DNA from: Coprothermobacterota bacterium
GTDB lineage: Bacteria > Coprothermobacterota > Coprothermobacteria > Coprothermobacterales > Coprothermobacteraceae
Direction of reading: 5' to 3'
Assembly: GCA_036679065.1 (NCBI GenBank)
Contig: JAZIGN010000001.1
Span: 128,001-192,000 of the forward strand
Length of the DNA: 64,000 nucleotides
A model generated the notes under the pieces. It did not search any database. It saw nothing but the letters and a program-made list of their open reading frames with translations, and had not been told where the DNA came from. Positions 22,580-32,232 of the stretch are shown in pieces. The number at the start of each line of letters is the position of its first letter. The stretch's first letter is position 1. The translations under genes were made by a program, and so were the position numbers.

Positions 22580-23563
22580 TTAATAGAAAAGTTCTGCCAG
22601 GTTGTACAATTCCTTGTCGGCCATTTTTACTTGAGCCGCGAGGTCAAAGTTAACTAACTCGAACTTACCACCTGTGAGTGCCACCATTTTTCCCGTAATG
22701 CCTTGTTTAACAGCGTTAACTAGTTCCATGCCCATTCGTGTAGCTAGTAGTCGATCCTGCACAGTTGGGCTGCCTCCTCTTTGCTGATGTCCAAGAACGG
22801 TTATACGTGTTTCCATGCCTGTGGCATCTTGTATTTCCTGCGCTAAAGCGTGTCCAACGCCACCTTCAGTGTTGGAAAGCCATGGCAGTTTTGCTCCTTC
22901 AGCAATGACAACGATGGAGAAGCCTCTCCCTGATTCCCTTCTCCTGTAGATATGGTTCACGATCTTATCTTTTTCCACTGTTACTTCTGGAATTACTATG
23001 AAGTCGGCGCCTCCTGCAATGCCACCGTAAAGTGCCAGCCAACCAGTTGCGCCTCCCATGGTTTCTACAACCATGACACGGTGATGTGCTTCTGCGGTTG
23101 TGTGTAACTTATCGAGCGCCTCAGCAATTGTTGTCACAGCCGTATCAAAACCAATGGTTTCGTCGGTGCCATTAATGTCATTATCGATGGTCAGAGGTAA
23201 AGCCAAAACAGGAACGTCGTGTTGCGTGAGTAGATCACAGGATGCCATTGTCTCTCTGTCTCCGAGAACAGCGAGAACGGTAATACGATACCGATCCATG
23301 ACTTCCCTTATTGTTTGAACTTGAGCTTCATCAATGCGTGTTCTGGACGTGCCAAGTATGGTTCCACCTCTAGGCAAAATACCAGAGACGGATTTTGACG
23401 TTAGTATGATCACGTCGTCACTAAGAAGACCGGCAAAACCGCCCCTTACGCCCAAAACTTCCATGTCCATGTGATACGCACTTCTCACAATACTCCTGAT
23501 AGCTGCATTGGCGCCTGGTGCGTCTGCGCCCGCAGTCAAAATAGCAATACGCTTCACCTGCAT
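22580..23563 (-). CDS. 6-phosphofructokinase family protein (group III-like) with altered catalytic motifs
   Basis: GGTILGTSR, TIDND, GFDTA, LGHQQRGGSP retained; GGD reads GAD, GG(D/E)DT reads GDRET, PKT reads PLT, MGR reads MGG; AGGAG RBS. Confidence 0.9.
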   Translation of the reverse strand: MQVKRIAILTAGADAPGANAAIRSIVRSAYHMDMEVLGVRGGFAGLLSDDVIILTSKSVSGILPRGGTILGTSRTRIDEAQVQTIREVMDRYRITVLAVLGDRETMASCDLLTQHDVPVLALPLTIDNDINGTDETIGFDTAVTTIAEALDKLHTTAEAHHRVMVVETMGGATGWLALYGGIAGGADFIVIPEVTVEKDKIVNHIYRRRESGRGFSIVVIAEGAKLPWLSNTEGGVGHALAQEIQDATGMETRITVLGHQQRGGSPTVQDRLLATRMGMELVNAVKQGITGKMVALTGGKFELVNFDLAAQVKMADKELYNLAELFY

Positions 23564-23642
23564 CTCTCCTTTCCTGTAACAAGTTTACAACAAATTTAGC
23601 GAAAAAGGACAGTATGCGTTAATGGTATATAAATAATCACTA

Positions 23643-23680
23643 TTGACAAAGTGGTAAAAGGTGGTAATTTATGGTTAATG
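23643..23680 (+). promoter_or_regulatory. dcw promoter with MraZ-binding 10-bp periodic repeats
   Basis: TTGACA 23643-23648, then GTGGTAAAAG / GTGGTAATTT / ATGGTTAATG; TG-G-TAATTT extended -10. Confidence 0.75.
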
Positions 23681-24115
23681 GGTACTATGGACGTACTTAC
23701 AGGGGAGTATGAGTACACTTTGGACAGCAAAAGCCGTTTTTTGATGCCTGCTGAATTCAGGGCTTATTTGGGGGATCCAATGTATTTTGTTCGTGGTTTT
23801 GAAAACTGCATCTACGTGTACAGCGAGGAAAAGTGGCAGAAGATGGCTGAGGACATACGAAACCTTCCTTGGTCGTCCGATGCGGCTAGGTGGGTAAAGA
23901 GAATCTGGTTCAGCTCCTCGCTTAAGGTTAGAACTGATCCCCAAGGTCGCGTACTCATACCTCAAGTCTACAGAGAACATGTCTTGAAGTCGGGAAAAGT
24001 TGTAGTTTTGGGATGCTTTGACTACGTGGAAATATGGGACGAAGAACGCTGGAGAACGGAAGCCTCAGAAAAGATAAGCTTGTTAAGCCAGTTCCTTCAG
24101 GAGGCTAACCAATGA
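23678..24115 (+). CDS. mraZ: Division/cell wall cluster transcriptional repressor MraZ
   Basis: GEYEYTLDSKSR, DPQGRVLIP, VEIWD; start ATG 23678 or 23687, since the track's GTG 23651 lies inside the promoter. Confidence 0.93.
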   Translation: MGTMDVLTGEYEYTLDSKSRFLMPAEFRAYLGDPMYFVRGFENCIYVYSEEKWQKMAEDIRNLPWSSDAARWVKRIWFSSSLKVRTDPQGRVLIPQVYREHVLKSGKVVVLGCFDYVEIWDEERWRTEASEKISLLSQFLQEANQ

Positions 24116-25011
24116 CTAACTACATAGAGCATAAACCTGTCATGGCTAAACAGGTTGCTGAACTGCTTGTCAATGGCGAAGAGGGCATTTACGTTGATGC
24201 AACTGCCGGTTCTGGCGGGCATCTAGGCCTTTTAGCGAATACTTATCCAGAGGCATTCTTTATCGGCATAGACATTGATCCTGAAGCGGTGCAGTTTCTT
24301 GCTGAGAAGTTCGCAGGCGTGGGTAACGTAAGAATAATACGTGGAAACTACGCAGATCTACCAGAGATACTTCATTCCATGGAGATTGGTCAAGTCGACG
24401 GTATACTGTTGGATCTAGGTATCTCTATGCACCAAGCACTGTCTGCCCAGCGGGGTTTTAGCATAAAGAATCCTGGCCCGTTGGACATGCGGTTTAGCAT
24501 TGATCAAAAAGTAACTGCTTATGAGTTGGTTAACAGCCTAAGCGAAGAGCAGCTGGCAGACATCATTTATCGATATGGTGAAGAGAGAAGAGCAAGAAAG
24601 ATCGCTAAGGCGGTGGTCGAAGCTCGCAAGGTAAAACCACTGGAAACCACTGATGAACTGGCTGATCTTGTGGCCCGGACTGTTGGTTACAGGGGAAGAA
24701 TACATCCTGCCACACGGGTTTTTCAAGCTTTAAGAATCGCTACCAATCGAGAACTGGACAACTTGCAAGAAGCATTACCTCGGATTTTCCAGGTGCTAAA
24801 AGAGGGTGGAAGGCTTGCTGTAATTTCATACCACTCTTTGGAAGATCGCATCGTGAAGCAGTTCTTCAAAACGTGGGAAGAAGAGGGCAAAGGCTTGCGT
24901 CTGACAAAGAAAGTGGTAAAGCCTTCTCTAGAAGAAATTAATGAGAATCCCAGCAGCAGAAGTGCAAAATTGAGGGTTTTCAAGAAAGGGGTTGGGGGAA
25001 ATGAAAACTAA
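24112..25011 (+). CDS. rsmH: 16S rRNA m4C1402 methyltransferase
   Basis: HKPVM, DATAGSGGH, DLGIS, PLDMR, HPATRVFQALRI, SYHSLEDR, SRSAKLR. Confidence 0.97.
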   Translation: MTNYIEHKPVMAKQVAELLVNGEEGIYVDATAGSGGHLGLLANTYPEAFFIGIDIDPEAVQFLAEKFAGVGNVRIIRGNYADLPEILHSMEIGQVDGILLDLGISMHQALSAQRGFSIKNPGPLDMRFSIDQKVTAYELVNSLSEEQLADIIYRYGEERRARKIAKAVVEARKVKPLETTDELADLVARTVGYRGRIHPATRVFQALRIATNRELDNLQEALPRIFQVLKEGGRLAVISYHSLEDRIVKQFFKTWEEEGKGLRLTKKVVKPSLEEINENPSSRSAKLRVFKKGVGGNEN

Positions 25012-25339
25012 GCAGTCTGCTTTGGCTGAGAGGCTGGAGTATGTACCAGAGCGCCCAGTGCAGAGACGCGCGGAAGCACCTAAATCGCACCCCCTTGAGA
25101 AGTTCCTGTCTCTTCTTATTTTAGTTAATGTTTTGTTAACTATGGGAGCAGTTTTCCTTTGTTACAGGCTATCCAGCAGTGTTTTTACTGTAGAATATTT
25201 AAGAAGAACAATGCTGGAAACTCAACAGGAGATATGGAAATTGAATACAGACTTAGAAATGGCAACAAATGAAAAAATGCAAGAGCTATTGGGCAATGCT
25301 AACTACTCTTATTCCTTAAGCGATATTGGGCAGCGTTAG
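25001..25339 (+). CDS. Probable FtsL-like bitopic cell division protein
   Basis: Single TM followed by coiled coil, directly after rsmH. Confidence 0.6.
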   Translation: MKTKQSALAERLEYVPERPVQRRAEAPKSHPLEKFLSLLILVNVLLTMGAVFLCYRLSSSVFTVEYLRRTMLETQQEIWKLNTDLEMATNEKMQELLGNANYSYSLSDIGQR

Positions 25340-25341
25340 TC

Positions 25342-26664
25342 ATGTTGGCTTCTCAGTTAGCAAAAATAGTGAACGGGCAATTAGTGGGCGACGACTTTGA
25401 ATTCGATCATGTTGCTTTCAGTAGTAATGACTGCAATCCTGGGACGCTCTTCATAGCACTACCTGGTTCTAAGACTCATGGTGCTAAGTTTGCTACTCAA
25501 GCCATGCAAAATGGCGCCTCAGGATTATTAACTGATGTAGAGCCAGAGGCAAGTAACTATGTACTGGTGACGGACGCATTTGAAGCAGTAAAAAAATTAG
25601 GGGAAACTCTAGTTCGGAGCTACAGTGGCAAGATCGTAGTTGTTCTTGGGGCTAGCGGCAAAACCACATTAAAGGAGTTGGCTAGAAGCCTAGCACCTGT
25701 TAGGGTTTGGAGTAGCTACGGTAACAGAAATACCATCATTTCTCTGGTTACTGACCTTTTCAACGAGAGAGAAAGTGCTTTGAATGCGCCCTACTGGATA
25801 CTGGAATTTGGCATTCACGACAAGAAAGACGCAGATGACTTCCTGCAGGTTTTCAATCCCTATGCGGCTTTGTTTACTTCTTTAGGTGCTGAACATTTGG
25901 AGTTCCTTGAAAACGTGGATGTGGCGGTACGCACGAATTTGAAAGTGGGAATGGCAGCCACGAAGCGTTTTGCTCTTGTATCAGATGAATACTCTGTTGA
26001 AGATGCTATTCTATTCGGGTCACCTCAGACAAGCGCATGGTTTGACATTAGCAGTTTTACCTGTGATGGTTGTACACTGGGGAAGCTAATGTGCCATGGT
26101 GAAGAAAAAGACGTGGTGCTTCCATTTTGGGGAAAGCGTTCAGCGCAAAGCGTGGCGGGAGCAGCGGCTTTCTGGGTTTCTGAAGGATTTGGCTTGGATG
26201 AGCTACCCTGGGAAAACCTTGACACAATAAACATTTGGGGGCGGCAACAGCTTACCCGTTGGGGTGACTTATTGATCTTCTTTGATGCATATAATGCAAA
26301 TCCTGAAAGCATGAAAGAGTTTTTGGAAGTAGTTAGTGAAGTACCTTATGGTAAAAAAGGTTTAGTCATTGGTGATATGCTTGAGCTTGGCGAATACTCA
26401 CATTACTGGCATCGAAAGCTTGCTCATTGGCTAAAGAAGTCTGGAATTCAGTACTTAATCTTGGTGGGTAATGAAGTGAAATATACATTGCGCGAACTAG
26501 AGAAAGTTGACGGACATGCCATGTACGTTGAATGGTACAGAGATGTCGAAACAGCGAGGTCTTTTTTCATGATTCCTGAGGATATTGAGCTCTTGGGTCT
26601 AAAGGGGTCGAGAAGAATAGCTTTGGAAAAACTCATTCAGGAGGTTTCCGAAGTTGAGTTCTGA
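25342..26664 (+). CDS. murF: UDP-MurNAc-tripeptide--D-Ala-D-Ala ligase
   Basis: GASGKTT, DAYNANPESM, GDMLELG, KGSR. Confidence 0.92.
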   Translation: MLASQLAKIVNGQLVGDDFEFDHVAFSSNDCNPGTLFIALPGSKTHGAKFATQAMQNGASGLLTDVEPEASNYVLVTDAFEAVKKLGETLVRSYSGKIVVVLGASGKTTLKELARSLAPVRVWSSYGNRNTIISLVTDLFNERESALNAPYWILEFGIHDKKDADDFLQVFNPYAALFTSLGAEHLEFLENVDVAVRTNLKVGMAATKRFALVSDEYSVEDAILFGSPQTSAWFDISSFTCDGCTLGKLMCHGEEKDVVLPFWGKRSAQSVAGAAAFWVSEGFGLDELPWENLDTINIWGRQQLTRWGDLLIFFDAYNANPESMKEFLEVVSEVPYGKKGLVIGDMLELGEYSHYWHRKLAHWLKKSGIQYLILVGNEVKYTLRELEKVDGHAMYVEWYRDVETARSFFMIPEDIELLGLKGSRRIALEKLIQEVSEVEF

Positions 26665-27508
26665 TTTTGTACTTTTTTTTGGTTTTAGCGTCATACTGGG
26701 TTACTTTGTATTCTGGAGTTGCCTGCATCTTGGACTGCGTTGGGGATTTTATCCGAAGCGAATAAGAGAGTTTTATGATGATCAGTGGAAAGCACATGTG
26801 CCGCTGAGTGGCGGCCTGGGTTTTTTACTAATTGGTTTGCTACTTTACCTACGCTTTCGTCATCCTGCTTTGCTAATCGCACTGCTATCAGGGTTAGTAG
26901 GCCTTGCTGACGATGTGACAAAAACTCTACGTCAAGGACATGGCATGAAGGCTCGCTATAAGATTCTGTTACTTGTGTTGGTTTCACTGTGCTTTTTTTC
27001 TTTTGGCTATGGTGCAACAAGAGTGGCTTGGAGTTTCATTGTACTGTTGGCGACGACTTCAGCTACTAACTTTACCGATGGAGCAGATGGCCTCCTTGGT
27101 AGTGTTTTAGTTCCCGTTTTTTTGGTTCTACCCCAGAGTGGAGTTACGGGTGCTTTGTTGGGATCTTTAATTTCTTACTTGTTTTTTAATGCTTCCCCAG
27201 CAAGACTTTTTATGGGAGACACTGGTTCGCTTTTTTTTGGTGGTTTTTTGGCTTCGTTTATGCTTTTGCGAGGACAGGAATGGTGGCTTATACTCCTTTG
27301 CCTCATTGGTGTAATAGAGGTAGCTTCAGTGGTAATGCAGGTTATCTATTTTAGGCTAACTGGCGGTAAGCGCATATTCAGAATGACCCCTATACATCAT
27401 CATTTCCAAAAACTAGGCTGGAGCGATCCACGTATTGTAACCTTGTTTACAGGTATGCAAGCTGTTGCGTGCACATTGTGTTGGGTGGGGTGGAACTGGC
27501 CATGGTAA
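26654..27508 (+). CDS. mraY: Phospho-MurNAc-pentapeptide translocase
   Basis: GLADD, NFTDGADGL, PARLFMGDTGS, RIFRMTPIHHHF. Confidence 0.94.
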   Translation: MSSDFVLFFGFSVILGYFVFWSCLHLGLRWGFYPKRIREFYDDQWKAHVPLSGGLGFLLIGLLLYLRFRHPALLIALLSGLVGLADDVTKTLRQGHGMKARYKILLLVLVSLCFFSFGYGATRVAWSFIVLLATTSATNFTDGADGLLGSVLVPVFLVLPQSGVTGALLGSLISYLFFNASPARLFMGDTGSLFFGGFLASFMLLRGQEWWLILLCLIGVIEVASVVMQVIYFRLTGGKRIFRMTPIHHHFQKLGWSDPRIVTLFTGMQAVACTLCWVGWNWPW

Positions 27509-28827
27509 ATATTAAACCTGGTTTCTCTCAGGAACTTATGGGCAAGAACGTGCTCATTCTGGGTTACGGTGTATCTGGTCAAAGTGCGGAACTGTTTATT
27601 TCACAGCGTGGTGGAAAAGTGTTTATTTACGATGAGAAACCCATAAAGCCGAAATTGGGTTGCGCTGTTAGTGATGTTCTAAATGAGCACTTCGACCTTT
27701 GCGTAACCTCACCTGGCTTTTCATTGGATCATCCAGTACTTAGGAGTTTAAAAGACCGAGGAGTTCCTGTGGTAGGTGAGTTGGAACTATCGTTTGACGC
27801 AAGCCGCTGGAACTACTGGATAGCGGTCACGGGAACCAATGGAAAGACTACCACCACGTCCTTTATTGGCCATCTACTGAGGACAGCGGGGTTCAACGTC
27901 GTAGTTGGTGGGAATATTGGTGTTCCCGTAACCTCGTTTCTAAATGAACCCATAAGTGAGACGATTATCGTTGCTGAAGTCAGTTCGTTCCAATTAGAAA
28001 CTGTGCATACTTTCAGGCCACAGGTAGCAGTTTTTTTAAATCTCACACCAGATCACTTGGACAGACACGGCAGTATGGAAAACTACTTTCAAACTAAAGC
28101 TAGAATATTCAAATTACAACAGCCTCAGGATTTGGCAGTACTGAATGCAGAAGACAGATGGGCAAGTTCTCTAATAGGAAGCCTTAAAAGCCGTACTTTG
28201 GCTTTCGGTATTGAAAAAGGCGATGTGCACTGGTCTGAGGGTTTCCTGAATGTATTGGGCACAACTGTTGCTAGTGTCTCTGATGTGAAGCTAAGGGGTC
28301 GACATAATTTAGCAAACATAGCGGCAGGTGTAGCTGCTTGTTATCATTTATTACCTGATGGTTTCGACTTTGGAAGTGCCATTTCGCAATTTTGTGCACC
28401 AGAACATCGTATTGAGTTCGTGCGTTCGGTGGGCGGTGTGAGTTTTTACGACGATTCGAAGGCGACAAACCCTGATTCCACCATTGTAGCGTTGGAAGCT
28501 TTCCGTGAACCGCTCATCCTTATTTTAGGCGGTAGGAACAAAGGCATGGATTTTGCGCCTTTAGCACAGTTTATAAAGCAAAGATCCACCGTTAAATGGG
28601 TTGTGGTCATGGGTGAGTCCAAACAATCCATCAAGGAGTCTTTGTTGGCTCAGGGCTTTGAAAATATAACCGAAGCACAGGATCTGGAAGAAGCGGTGAC
28701 GTTAGCCTATGGAATAGCTGATGCTGGTGATGTGATCTTGCTTTCTCCTGCTTGCGCATCATTTGATATGTTCAGAAATTTTGAAGAGCGTGGTGACCGG
28801 TTTAAGGAGATTGTAGAAAGGTTATGA
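27502..28827 (+). CDS. murD: UDP-MurNAc-L-Ala--D-Glu ligase
   Basis: TGTNGKTTT, GGNIG, EVSSFQL, DHLDRH, DSKATN, SPACASFD. Confidence 0.97.
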   Translation: MVNIKPGFSQELMGKNVLILGYGVSGQSAELFISQRGGKVFIYDEKPIKPKLGCAVSDVLNEHFDLCVTSPGFSLDHPVLRSLKDRGVPVVGELELSFDASRWNYWIAVTGTNGKTTTTSFIGHLLRTAGFNVVVGGNIGVPVTSFLNEPISETIIVAEVSSFQLETVHTFRPQVAVFLNLTPDHLDRHGSMENYFQTKARIFKLQQPQDLAVLNAEDRWASSLIGSLKSRTLAFGIEKGDVHWSEGFLNVLGTTVASVSDVKLRGRHNLANIAAGVAACYHLLPDGFDFGSAISQFCAPEHRIEFVRSVGGVSFYDDSKATNPDSTIVALEAFREPLILILGGRNKGMDFAPLAQFIKQRSTVKWVVVMGESKQSIKESLLAQGFENITEAQDLEEAVTLAYGIADAGDVILLSPACASFDMFRNFEERGDRFKEIVERL

Positions 28828-29852
28828 CAAGGTTCTTGCGTGCATTACTGAGCTTTGTGATCATAATTGTGGTTTTCATGATTGGGTTGGTTACTTGGCA
28901 ACCCGGGACAGTTGACCTAAAGGACGTGGGATTGTACGTAGGTGTAATCAGCGCTGCCTACTGGATGTCTTATTTGTTCTTTTTTCTTTTTCGAAAGGGG
29001 CAAATACTTAGCAATTTGCAGTGGTTAGTCACCATTGTTCTGTTCGTTACACTCATTCTCACCCTTTATGTGGGTGAAATGCGCTACGGCTCAAAGAGAT
29101 GGCTAAAGGGTGTGCAGGTTTCAGAATTGTCGAAATTTCTCCTTTTGCCGGGCTTATTTAAAAACTCCGGAATTTACCTACTGGTAGGACTGGTAAGTGC
29201 GTTTTTAGTCGTTTTGGAACCCGACTTAGGCACCGGCTTGATAATTGCTGCATCCGTTTTTATTGGATCGCTTGTTAGAACGCTAAAAGGTAGGAGCGGC
29301 ATCATACTCTGGACCATCATCATCGCAGCTGTCATTGTTATGCCCGTGGTTTTCTCTTACTCGTTGGAGCTGCGGCAGGGTGTGGTTGCTAGAATAGCTG
29401 AAATGCCAACGTTTCATGAGCATTGGGAGGATCGATTTCAGAACTGGGCAGATCCGCTTAGAGATCCCTTTGGCGAAAGTTATCAAACGTTGTCGGCTCT
29501 GAACTCGCTGGGTCAATCATCGGGGTTTGGTAAAGGTATTGGCATGTTAACCACACTACCCGTGGCTTGGGCAGATTATGCCTTTGCCGAACTTGTTAGG
29601 AAATTTGGATTGCTTTCTGGTTTGCTAGTGCTGATGTTATTGGGTCTTTTGATACAGCTCATTCTTAATTGGGGCGGTCGCAGCAAGTACTACGTTGCTG
29701 CGGTTCTCATGTTGCATGTGGTGGTTAACCTTTACACAGTGGCAAACGTACTTCCGGCTACGGGTATTCCATTGCCCTTTGTTGGTAGGGCGCTCCAGAA
29801 CTCTGTTGTGCTATCAGCTCTTACAGGGGCAGCTTTGGGAGAGGCGGTTTAA
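28824..29852 (+). CDS. ftsW: SEDS family peptidoglycan polymerase (FtsW/SpoVE-like)
   Basis: Multi-TM; GSKRW, SELSK, EPDLG, DYAFA, PATGIPLPFVG; between murD and murG. Confidence 0.85.
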   Translation: MTRFLRALLSFVIIIVVFMIGLVTWQPGTVDLKDVGLYVGVISAAYWMSYLFFFLFRKGQILSNLQWLVTIVLFVTLILTLYVGEMRYGSKRWLKGVQVSELSKFLLLPGLFKNSGIYLLVGLVSAFLVVLEPDLGTGLIIAASVFIGSLVRTLKGRSGIILWTIIIAAVIVMPVVFSYSLELRQGVVARIAEMPTFHEHWEDRFQNWADPLRDPFGESYQTLSALNSLGQSSGFGKGIGMLTTLPVAWADYAFAELVRKFGLLSGLLVLMLLGLLIQLILNWGGRSKYYVAAVLMLHVVVNLYTVANVLPATGIPLPFVGRALQNSVVLSALTGAALGEAV

Positions 29853-29853
29853 C

Positions 29854-30738
29854 GTGATACTTGTTGTGGGCGGAGCCAGCGCTGGACACAACATACCTGC
29901 TCAAATAATGGGAAACGTGCTAAAGGAGGCAGGTTTTGATGTGACCTTCTACAACCCGAAAGAGAAAGTGGCTTGGAGGGACGTAAAAGCGGTCCTAGCC
30001 ACTGGAAGTAGAAAGAGCTTGCCCATGGCACTGCAGGCTAAACTTCGTGGAAAGAAGCTAATTCTTCACGAGCAAAACGTAATCCCTGGAAGGGCTAATC
30101 GTTTTATGGCTGGCATGGCGGACCAGATCTTTCTTGCTTTTGAGGAATCCAGGGTATTCTTTCACAGCCGCGATTGGAACAAGCTAACTTTTGTGGGTAT
30201 GCCGGTGAGAGAGCCAACCACTGATGCTGAAGAGCTCAAGAAAAAAATGCGGGTTCGAAAGCCACTGCTTCTGGTGACTGGAGGAAGTCAAGGTTCAGCT
30301 TTTCTCAATTTCTTCACAAAGCATGTACTTATGGACTTAAGAGATAAGTACTTCATAGTGCATCAGTGCGGTTCTCTTGAGGACGAACGTTTCATGAACA
30401 GTTACATTAGAGCGCAGACATTACCGGATTTACAGAATTATGTAGCGGCCGCAGATGTGGTGATTGCCAGATCTGGTTCCTCCACACTTCATGAGTGTTT
30501 GCACTTTGGTACGCAGGCTATTTTCTTTCCCATGGCATACTCCACTGATCGTCATCAATGGGCAAATGCGGAAGTATTTAGACAAAAATACGGTTACCCG
30601 TTTTTCTGGGAGCATGTGGTAAAACCTAGCGAAGTACTTTCACAAGTAGAAGAATTTTTGACTAAGGGCCGCAGAAATCCTGTTGAAGTTTTTGATTCGG
30701 CAGGTTTTGTTGAGGCAGTTGGGAGGGTGGTCTCATGA
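29854..30738 (+). CDS. murG: Lipid I GlcNAc transferase (shortened)
   Basis: GGASAGH, HEQNVIPGRANR, GGSQGS, RSGSST, HQWANA; GTG 29854 after GAGG. Confidence 0.88.
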   Translation: MILVVGGASAGHNIPAQIMGNVLKEAGFDVTFYNPKEKVAWRDVKAVLATGSRKSLPMALQAKLRGKKLILHEQNVIPGRANRFMAGMADQIFLAFEESRVFFHSRDWNKLTFVGMPVREPTTDAEELKKKMRVRKPLLLVTGGSQGSAFLNFFTKHVLMDLRDKYFIVHQCGSLEDERFMNSYIRAQTLPDLQNYVAAADVVIARSGSSTLHECLHFGTQAIFFPMAYSTDRHQWANAEVFRQKYGYPFFWEHVVKPSEVLSQVEEFLTKGRRNPVEVFDSAGFVEAVGRVVS

Positions 30739-31649
30739 ACATAGTGGTACTCTTTGGAGGCACATCACCCGAGAGAGACATTTCCCTAAGAAGCGGTGAG
30801 AACGTAGCTGCATCGCTTCGTGCTCGTGGACACCAGGTGGAAACATTGGACACTGCAGATCCAAACTTCGTAGCAAAGCTACTGCAGCTTAAACCAGATT
30901 GCGTTTTTCCGGCTCTTCATGGTGCTGATGGTGAAGACGGCAAGGTTCAGGGCCTTCTGGGCATGCTACGTATTCCCTATGTTGGCTCTGATGTGCGAGC
31001 ATCGGTAATTACCATGGATAAGTATTTGACAAAGTTAGTAGCACTTCAAAATGAAATACCCACACCATCTTTCATTTACATCTATGATCGAAATGCGGTC
31101 CCCGATTACGTTTCTGTTGTAAATGAGCTGGGTTCACCATTCATTGTAAAACCGTGTGACGTAGGTTCCACCATAGGGCTTAGTTTAGTTACCAGTGCAA
31201 GTGAGTACGAGTTGTCATTGGAAGAAGCTTTTCGCTTTAGTGACAGGCTGCTGGTGGAGGAATTCATAGATGGATTCGAGATAACTGTTGGTGTGTTCAG
31301 GCTAAAAGACCAGTTCCTCGTGCTTCCGCCCATATGGGTTGTGAAGCCTGATAGGGTTTTTGACTACGACACTAAGTACAGACCAGGCGGTGCGAAGCAC
31401 ATCTATGACTTGCCCATATCCGATGAGGCTAGTGAAAAGTTGACCTTCTACTCAAAATGCATCTGCAGAATTGTGGGTGTTGGTGGAGTAGCACGTTTGG
31501 ATTACATTGTAAAAGATGAAACTCCATACCTTTTGGAGATTAACAGCATCCCGGGCATGACTGCAGAAAGTCTGGTTCCTGATGAGGTTCGGAAGGCGGG
31601 CCAAGATTTTGGGCAGTTTCTGGAAGATTTGATCAGAGATGCGCTATAG
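30735..31649 (+). CDS. ddl: D-alanine--D-alanine ligase
   Basis: GGTSPERDISLRSG, LHGADGEDG, GSTIG, DYDTKY, EINSIPGMT. Confidence 0.96.
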   Translation: MNIVVLFGGTSPERDISLRSGENVAASLRARGHQVETLDTADPNFVAKLLQLKPDCVFPALHGADGEDGKVQGLLGMLRIPYVGSDVRASVITMDKYLTKLVALQNEIPTPSFIYIYDRNAVPDYVSVVNELGSPFIVKPCDVGSTIGLSLVTSASEYELSLEEAFRFSDRLLVEEFIDGFEITVGVFRLKDQFLVLPPIWVVKPDRVFDYDTKYRPGGAKHIYDLPISDEASEKLTFYSKCICRIVGVGGVARLDYIVKDETPYLLEINSIPGMTAESLVPDEVRKAGQDFGQFLEDLIRDAL

Positions 31650-32232
31650 CATGGTTGTGGTGGGTATCATATTATTGGTGGCATTCGTTGGGATAGCATA
31701 CTTTGCTACGTACAAACCCTGGATCTTTGTTTTCGATGTTCCCGAATACAGTAAGTATGAAAAATCGCTGTCAGGGCAAAAGAGCTTAAAGGAAATCGTA
31801 AGTTTTTACGTGCCTGGCATGACGAGTGTAAATCTGGATTTGGCCAAAAGGCAGATCAATATGAGGCTGGATTTACCAAGACCCGAAGGATGCGTAGTCA
31901 TAAACGGTACCACGTTGGTGGTAGTTGGAACAAAAACTGTGGAAACAGATCTTTACTCAGCAAAAGTACTAACGGAATGCGTTACGGTGGATAAATGGGA
32001 TGAAAACAGAATGAAGGTCATAAGAGCACTTGAAGCTCAAGGTATAAAACCCGTTGCCATAAAGTTCAGCGATGGTTTCTTTGAAGTTGTTGGTAAGAGG
32101 CAGTGTGGTAAGGGTGTCATAAAGCTAACCATGGCGAACTTGGATAAGCTGGATGTTATAAAAGAGTTCTGGACTGACTGTCAGTACCATGAATACAGAC
32201 TTCTTTATGATAGCGGGGCGGTTTTGAAGTGA
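31639..32232 (+). CDS. Membrane-anchored protein in the FtsQ/DivIB position
   Basis: N-terminal TM; follows ddl; no clear POTRA motif recognised. Confidence 0.5.
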   Translation: MRYSMVVVGIILLVAFVGIAYFATYKPWIFVFDVPEYSKYEKSLSGQKSLKEIVSFYVPGMTSVNLDLAKRQINMRLDLPRPEGCVVINGTTLVVVGTKTVETDLYSAKVLTECVTVDKWDENRMKVIRALEAQGIKPVAIKFSDGFFEVVGKRQCGKGVIKLTMANLDKLDVIKEFWTDCQYHEYRLLYDSGAVLK

